A stretch of 64,000 nt of DNA from Actinomycetota bacterium (GTDB lineage Bacteria; Actinomycetota; Actinomycetes; Nanopelagicales; Nanopelagicaceae), in the NCBI GenBank assembly GCA_041161815.1, contig JBEATV010000002.1, positions 2,622 through 66,621 on the forward strand, in the 5' to 3' direction. Every line of letters begins with the position of its first letter. Within the stretch, counting starts at the first letter, position 1. The notes under the pieces are model-generated. The model was not told where the DNA came from. It made no database searches and saw only the letters and a program-made list of their open reading frames with translations. Below, piece after piece: positions 58,978 through 64,000 of the stretch. The position numbers and the translations under genes were made by a program.

Positions 58978-60470
58978 CACAATGAAGCAATCCATTCGGT
59001 AAGTAAACGAACGCCATAACCTGTTCCGCCTTTGACATTCTCGCCTGCGTCAACTTCAGAACGCGCAGGTCCTGCGATATCAAGATGGGCCCACTTTCGT
59101 TTGCCGACAAAATGCTCGAGGAAGAGAGCCGCGGTGACAGATCCGCCCTGGAATTTGAATTTATCTGCTGTGTGATTGAGATCTGCGACATCGCTTTCTA
59201 GGGCGATTGTGTAGTCATCAATCAATGGCATGTGCCAGATTCGATCACCAGTGAAGTCACCGAGATCAGCAAGGCGAGATGCAAGCTTCTTGTCACGTGT
59301 GTACATCGCGCCGTAATAACGGCTTAGTCCGAGAGTTGCGGCACCCGTCAGAGTGGCGACATCAATCAAGTAATCAGGATCGAGATGCTTGTTTGCATAC
59401 GCAAGCCCATCAGCAAGCACTAGGCGACCTTCAGCATCGGTATTGATTACTTCAACAGTGGTGCCACCGTAATGAGTAATAACATCGGATGGTCTCTGTG
59501 AAGTTCCAGATAGCGCGTTTTCGGCCAGCATCAGAAGCGCTGTGACACGGACTTTCAAACCTAGTTCAGCGGCTGCAACAGTGGCCATGAGTACGGCTGC
59601 GGCGCCCGACATATCGCTCTTCATCGCAGTCATAGTGTCGTACGGTCTCTTGAGCGAGACTCCACCAGTATCGAATGTAATTCCTTTGCCTACGAGCACA
59701 ACATGTGGAACTTTCTTTGCTCCGCGAGGCTTATATGACACCTCAACGAAGCGAGGTGGATTTTCCTGACTGGAGTTTCCGACAGCGCGTAGTCCGCCAA
59801 ATTCTGCCAACTCTTTACCTGATTTAACCTTCACTGAAAGCAGAGGATTCTTGGCAAGGCTCTTAGCTTGCGAAGCCATCCATGCAGGAGACTTAATGTT
59901 GGAGGGCGTATGAATCAAGTTGCGGGCATTCCAGGTAGCCTTGAGGAGAACGGTCGAGCGCTCTTGAACCTCAGCAAAATCCCCTACCAGAATGAACTCT
60001 GGTGTTTCAGGCGCGGTAGATGTCTTCTCGCTCCATGTGTAGGTTGAAAGTGCAGATGCAAGGAAGTGAATCTGTGCTTCACGATCTCGCTTGACTAAGA
60101 ATGAGATAACTCTTGACTTGCTGCCTTTAACTTTTCGACCGAGCGCCGCGCTAGCTTTTCGTAAATCAGAATCGGACGCTGTCCCAACGCCTACGAGAAG
60201 GATTCTCGTGACATCGTCTTTAAGAATTGGAATATCGATTACTTCACCTGGCTTTGCCGTCACGCCGGTGCCATGCTTCTTGATTTCAGTAGTGAATGAA
60301 ATTCCAAAGATTTCTTCTAAAGTTTTAATCTCTTTCTTAGAGAGATTGATGATGACTTCGTTATTCTCGTAAGAGATAGGAAGAGCTATATGCGTAAAAC
60401 TTGTAAAAAATTTCTCCGAGAATTCGCTCGGAGATTTCACCGATCCGAGTTTCGGAATCGGACGGTTCAC
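58977..60470 (-). CDS. pepA: leucyl aminopeptidase (M17)
   Basis: Motifs VGKGITFDTGG and NTDAEGRLVLAD support the call. The GTG start overlaps the stop of the DUF3117 gene (GTGA). Confidence 0.9.
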   Translation of the reverse strand: MNRPIPKLGSVKSPSEFSEKFFTSFTHIALPISYENNEVIINLSKKEIKTLEEIFGISFTTEIKKHGTGVTAKPGEVIDIPILKDDVTRILLVGVGTASDSDLRKASAALGRKVKGSKSRVISFLVKRDREAQIHFLASALSTYTWSEKTSTAPETPEFILVGDFAEVQERSTVLLKATWNARNLIHTPSNIKSPAWMASQAKSLAKNPLLSVKVKSGKELAEFGGLRAVGNSSQENPPRFVEVSYKPRGAKKVPHVVLVGKGITFDTGGVSLKRPYDTMTAMKSDMSGAAAVLMATVAAAELGLKVRVTALLMLAENALSGTSQRPSDVITHYGGTTVEVINTDAEGRLVLADGLAYANKHLDPDYLIDVATLTGAATLGLSRYYGAMYTRDKKLASRLADLGDFTGDRIWHMPLIDDYTIALESDVADLNHTADKFKFQGGSVTAALFLEHFVGKRKWAHLDIAGPARSEVDAGENVKGGTGYGVRLLTEWIASL

Positions 60471-60646
60471 TTCTTTAGTAGAGCAATCGAAGCGTTGAGA
60501 ACGTCGGCGAGATTGCGAGCTTCTTCTTGATTAAGTTCAACCACGAGGCGTCCGCCGCCTTCGAGTGGGATACGCATAACAAGACTGCGGGCTTCCTTTG
60601 TTACTTCCATTGGTCCATCGCCAGTGCGGGGTTTCATGGCTGCCAT
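60467..60646 (-). CDS. DUF3117 domain-containing protein (59 aa)
   Basis: Hand-translated as MAAMKPRTGDGPMEVTKEARSLVMRIPLEGGGRLVVELNQEEARNLADVLNASIALLKK. This is a highly conserved actinobacterial small protein. It is below the ORF-track length cutoff. Confidence 0.8.
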   Translation of the reverse strand: MAAMKPRTGDGPMEVTKEARSLVMRIPLEGGGRLVVELNQEEARNLADVLNASIALLKK

Positions 60647-60665
60647 AGGTGCGCCCTCTTTCTTC

Positions 60666-60686
60666 GCTCAAACTTCTGCTCAAACT
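60666..60686. repeat. 9-bp direct repeat at a 12-bp period upstream of the DUF3117 gene
   Basis: gctcaaact occurs at 60666-74 and 60678-86 (AGTTTGAGC in gene sense). The repeats lie 20-40 nt upstream of the ATG at 60646. Confidence 0.6.
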
Positions 60687-60761
60687 CGTGCTTGGCCCAG
60701 GTAGAGAACCCCAGGAAAGAAACTGAGTACCTGGTGAACCAGGAGGAGAATTATCTCGTAT

Positions 60762-60971
60762 CTAGCTACCTAAGGGGAAATTGAAAGCCGAGCTCAATCG
60801 AGCGCGACCTGAGGCTAGAACAGCGCTTACTGCGCGCTCAGGGACCCCTATTTTGGCGGCAATGTCAGCGATGGAATTTTGGCGCAGAAAATGGAGGGTC
60901 AGAACAATGCGCTCTTCCTCTGGAAGTGCAGCAATGAACTCAGCAAGAGTCTGATTCTGCTGCTCCATCAC
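60762..60971 (-). CDS. small sigma-70 region-4-like HTH protein
   Basis: 69 aa with LPEEERIVLTLHFLRQNSIADIAAKIGVPERAVSAVLASGRARL, which resembles an isolated sigma region 4 / LuxR-type HTH. Confidence 0.55.
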   Translation of the reverse strand: MMEQQNQTLAEFIAALPEEERIVLTLHFLRQNSIADIAAKIGVPERAVSAVLASGRARLSSAFNFPLGS

Positions 60972-61020
60972 GCTCTGACTTCGCTCCTCATAGATACAAG
61001 GTTACTCGCGGTCGGCGTCA

Positions 61021-61455
61021 TCAGGCAGTACAAGACCGCGCGAACTTCCTTAGAGAGTAGGTAACCGCGATAAGAATGCCCGGTTTGATGAGTAGGAGAA
61101 TCGGTTTTGGCGCATCGATCTTTTCGTACCAATCGAATCGAATTCGGCCAGGAGCAACTTCAATCAACCTAAATTCGCCAAGGCCCTTGATGAACTTGCC
61201 GTAATGATCAACAGCACAAAAGTATGGTGGATTCCATTCAGTCACCTTCATCTGATCCAAGATTCCAAGTTTGCCAACCCCTGTGAATGCTTCGATCACA
61301 GTTCCGACTCCGGAGACTCCACTGTCATCAGCGCTTGACCAGACCTTTGTCATAGCCATCCAATCGCCTTGAGATTTCCAGTCCACTAATCGATTCCAAA
61401 TTGATTGGATATCTCCATTAATCTCAACCGAGACGCGGAATTCCTCCAACATCAT
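61021..61455 (-). CDS. SRPBCC (START/polyketide-cyclase-like) family protein
   Basis: 144 aa. The pattern VEINGDIQSIWNRLVDWKSQGDWM is typical of SRPBCC ligand-binding proteins. Confidence 0.65.
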   Translation of the reverse strand: MMLEEFRVSVEINGDIQSIWNRLVDWKSQGDWMAMTKVWSSADDSGVSGVGTVIEAFTGVGKLGILDQMKVTEWNPPYFCAVDHYGKFIKGLGEFRLIEVAPGRIRFDWYEKIDAPKPILLLIKPGILIAVTYSLRKFARSCTA

Positions 61456-61995
61456 CTACTTGCTCTCTGTAATGTGGCGGAGGGCTGAGTCGATATCAAC
61501 GCACCATTGGACTAACTCATGTTGTCCAGGCTTCATGAAATTCTTTTCGGTCAAATCATTCAGTGCGATACGTAAACTTGAGTAAACACTAGATGGATCC
61601 AATACGGCAATAGGTTTGCTATGGAATCCAAGATATCTTCCAACCCAGATTTCAAAAAACTCTTCGAGCGTTCCGATTCCACCGGGCAAAGCAATAAACC
61701 CATCAGCTAGCTTCTCAATGAGTCCTTTTCTTTCTCGCATATCTGCTACGACATGTAATTCGCTCGAATCGTGATCGATGAACTCGACATTCATCAGCCT
61801 TTCAGGAATTACCCCGATGGTTCGTCCCCCAACATTGCGGGCGCCTTTTGCTACTTCTCCCATAACTGAGATAGCGCCACCACCCCAGACCAATTCATGG
61901 CCTTGTTGCGCAATAGCCGAACCCAAGTCGAATCCCAGAGTTAGATTCTCTGGAGATACTGCCATTGATGAAGCGCAGTACACAGCGATTTTCAT
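61456..61995 (-). CDS. LOG-family nucleotide phosphoribohydrolase (TIGR00730)
   Basis: It has the PGGIGTLEEFFE motif and GGGAISVMG. It is 179 aa and sits near dapD, as the mycobacterial LOG homolog does. Confidence 0.88.
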   Translation of the reverse strand: MKIAVYCASSMAVSPENLTLGFDLGSAIAQQGHELVWGGGAISVMGEVAKGARNVGGRTIGVIPERLMNVEFIDHDSSELHVVADMRERKGLIEKLADGFIALPGGIGTLEEFFEIWVGRYLGFHSKPIAVLDPSSVYSSLRIALNDLTEKNFMKPGQHELVQWCVDIDSALRHITESK

Positions 61996-62073
61996 GTGCG
62001 CACTCTAGAGCGTCAGACCACATGAGAGCCTCTTCACCATTGGCTCTGCGCAGGTCAGCAGGTAGTAAGTACT

Positions 62074-62096
62074 TCATTGAGCACCTCATTGAGCAC
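62074..62096. repeat. 11-bp direct repeat at a 12-bp period upstream of dapD
   Basis: tcattgagcac occurs at 62074-84 and 62086-96. The repeats lie 25-47 nt upstream of the dapD start. Confidence 0.6.
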
Positions 62097-62120
62097 TAGA
62101 TGAGTCTCTGTTGGTAGCGT

Positions 62121-63053
62121 TTGCCCGTGAGCGAAAACGGAAAAGCGTTTGGATATGGAGTTGCAACTATCGCAGCCGACGGATCCACGCTCGATACAGC
62201 ATTTCACAGCCTTGGTCTTGGCCCGCTCAATACTGCAGCAGCCGTAGAACTATCAAGTTTTGAAGGCGCAGATAACGATCGCAATATTTCCCGTAAAGCC
62301 GTAGCAATAGAAATTGAATTAGATAAGGCGCCAGCATCTGTCCCTGATGCGTATTTGAGATTACATCTTCTCTCTCATCGCTTAGTTAAGCCACATGGAC
62401 TGGCGCTCGATGGAATCTTTGGAATTCTCAACAACGTCGTCTGGACGTCACACGGACCTTGTGCGATTGCTGGATTCGATAATGTGCGACGACAACTACA
62501 GAAGAAGTATGGATTTGTTGCCATCTATGGAGTAGATAAGTTTCCCCGAATGGTCGACTATGTAATTCCTGACGGCGTCCGAATCGCAGATGCAGATCGC
62601 GTCAGACTTGGAGCGCATCTCTCTGCTGGCACAACTGTGATGCATGAAGGATTTGTTAATTTCAATGCTGGCACTCTGGGTGCATCGATGGTTGAGGGGC
62701 GAATCTCTGCTGGCGTTGTGGTCGGAGATGGCTCCGATATCGGTGGTGGCGCATCAATCATGGGAACTCTCAGCGGTGGTGGAAAAGAAGTAATCTCGAT
62801 TGGCAAGAAAACATTGTTGGGCGCAAACTCAGGACTTGGAATCTCATTAGGTGATGATTGCGTTGTTGAAGCTGGCGTTTACATCACAGCCGGCTCGAAA
62901 ATTAAATTACCTGATGGGACTATCGTTAAGGCCCGCGAGCTCTCTGGCGCGAACGGAATGCTCTTTAGACGGAACTCCCAGACTGGTGCGCTCGAGGCCC
63001 TACCGAAATCTGGTTCGTGGGGCGGTCTTAACTCAGTTCTGCACGCAAATTAA
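62121..63053 (+). CDS. dapD: 2,3,4,5-tetrahydropyridine-2,6-dicarboxylate N-succinyltransferase (actinobacterial type)
   Basis: The N-terminus GVATIAADGSTLDTAF and hexapeptide repeats (GAHLSAGTTVMHEGFVNFNAGTLG...GVVVGDGSDIGGGASIMG) support the call. It has a TTG start; an alternative GTG lies at 62127. Confidence 0.88.
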   Translation: MPVSENGKAFGYGVATIAADGSTLDTAFHSLGLGPLNTAAAVELSSFEGADNDRNISRKAVAIEIELDKAPASVPDAYLRLHLLSHRLVKPHGLALDGIFGILNNVVWTSHGPCAIAGFDNVRRQLQKKYGFVAIYGVDKFPRMVDYVIPDGVRIADADRVRLGAHLSAGTTVMHEGFVNFNAGTLGASMVEGRISAGVVVGDGSDIGGGASIMGTLSGGGKEVISIGKKTLLGANSGLGISLGDDCVVEAGVYITAGSKIKLPDGTIVKARELSGANGMLFRRNSQTGALEALPKSGSWGGLNSVLHAN

Positions 63054-63080
63054 TCACTAGTACTGATCGCTCGAAGGATA

Positions 63081-64000
63081 TTAATTAAGACAGAAGCGCG
63101 TAGTTAGAACGAAATTCTCCAGGCACTCTGTTGCAATAAATGGAATTCGCACAATTGGCCGAGTGTTATGAATCCAGGTCGATGGCAATTTAACTCGTGA
63201 ACGGAAGACCTCCCCCGTTAATGTCACGCTCGCGCCAGTGCTTGAAGTTCCGGTAATGGAGGTGATGCTTCCGGTCGCGGTTCGAGAATTGATAGCAAAT
63301 GAGACTACGTTTGGCAGGCCAAATGCTTGAGCCATCACCGACTGAGGAACGAATCTGGACCAAAGTGCATATCGACGGTTAATCATCGGATCAAGACTCC
63401 AGGGATCTGGAACGCCTAATAGGTAATCAATAGATGAACCCCATACATCCTTGATGTTCTGGGTAATCCCGCCACTTGATGAGAAGTAGAAGGCATTTAT
63501 CGGCTTGCCATCCAATGTAACCGTTAAAGCATTCTCTTCATCAACGAATGTGCGATTCACTGCTTCTTTCCATTTGATTCCGTAAATCGCTTCTATCTCT
63601 TTGGCATAGCCGACAAAGTTCTGATCAACAGTGGTGCTATAAATGTTGCAGTCACATTCGACCCTGACGCGATTGAGTTTATTTAGCGCATATGTGCGCG
63701 CCGCAATTGCTTGTGCCTCTAAAGCTGCAGCAGGCCATGATGATGGAACTTCTCCCAGTCCCCAGAGATATTCATCATGGAGACGTAAGGTATTGGTGAC
63801 TGCGAGATATGAAGTAACTAGAGTTTGTACGCTTTTGAAAACAATCTGCCCATACTTATACTGATTGACGACCGTTCCATTTGTTATGTTGATAGTGGTA
63901 GTTGTCGTGTCCCACCTGATGGTCCATGCCTTTGCTGGGCTAATTGCTGCGTATTTTGCGGTTGGAGACGAGAGCGCAGGAACTACAGAACCTGCAAAGT
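63081..64000 (-). CDS. SpoIID/LytB-domain protein (partial; N-terminus beyond the right window edge)
   Basis: Upstream of the track start at 63560 the frame appears to stay open to base 64000 on a single hand pass that I did not re-verify. That stretch encodes LHDEYLWGLGEVPSSWPAAALEAQAIAARTYAL. The FYFSSSGGITQN motif is also present. Both are SpoIID hallmarks. Confidence 0.75.
   Translation of the reverse strand, partial: FAGSVVPALSSPTAKYAAISPAKAWTIRWDTTTTTINITNGTVVNQYKYGQIVFKSVQTLVTSYLAVTNTLRLHDEYLWGLGEVPSSWPAAALEAQAIAARTYALNKLNRVRVECDCNIYSTTVDQNFVGYAKEIEAIYGIKWKEAVNRTFVDEENALTVTLDGKPINAFYFSSSGGITQNIKDVWGSSIDYLLGVPDPWSLDPMINRRYALWSRFVPQSVMAQAFGLPNVVSFAINSRTATGSITSITGTSSTGASVTLTGEVFRSRVKLPSTWIHNTRPIVRIPFIATECLENFVLTTRFCLN

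Noticed and set aside
60730-60743. Intrinsic terminator after the small HTH gene (CCTGG-tgaa-CCAGG)
   Set aside because: The stem is only 5 bp and no clear U-tract follows. Similar weak hairpins at other convergent junctions (about 6972-6985 and 25789-25806) were likewise not called.

Overview
This 64-kb window is densely packed core chromosome, mostly on the minus strand. I annotate 68 CDS, one tRNA-Arg(CCG) and one FMN riboswitch. The host looks like a moderate-GC, apparently streamlined actinobacterium. Lineage signatures are WhiB1- and WhiB2-type regulators, MtrAB, a PdtaS-like kinase, an MshB-like deacetylase and DUF3499/DUF3107/DUF3117 proteins. A freshwater acI/Nanopelagicales-type lineage is only a guess.

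Gene order matches two conserved actinobacterial synteny blocks that I recall from Mycobacterium tuberculosis.
- Block 1: whiB1-pdtaS ... secA-comF-mtrBA-ahcY-pmmA-DUF3499 ... whiB2-manC.
- Block 2: dapC-fdxC ... mshB ... TetR-DUF3107-ParA ... mgtE-like-DUF1003-mrp-tatB-OMT ... DUF3117 ... LOG-dapD.
- Several genes expected inside these blocks are missing here: lpqB, tmk, hpf and sigE-rseA-htrA.

The left third is housekeeping metabolism: trhO, nnrD, an aminotransferase/mmsA pair, a riboswitch-controlled rib operon, argG, an alpha-glucoside ABC operon with a LacI regulator, and msrAB.

I see no transposase, integrase, phage, CRISPR, toxin-antitoxin or recognisable defence genes. I therefore cannot honestly name a clear novel system. 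The best follow-up candidates are:
1. A perfect 29-nt tandem duplication inside the FMN aptamer, plus a 23-bp tandem array just upstream of it.
2. An uncharacterised giant GT2-membrane fusion, translationally coupled to a DUF5719-like secreted protein and flanked by GDP-mannose genes.
3. An orphan SAF / degenerate-P-loop CpaE-like pair.
4. A dapC gene with no canonical start codon.
5. A 26-bp palindrome upstream of whiB2.
6. Short tandem direct repeats at several gene boundaries.

All calls come from reading the sequence and ORF translations by eye. No searches were run.
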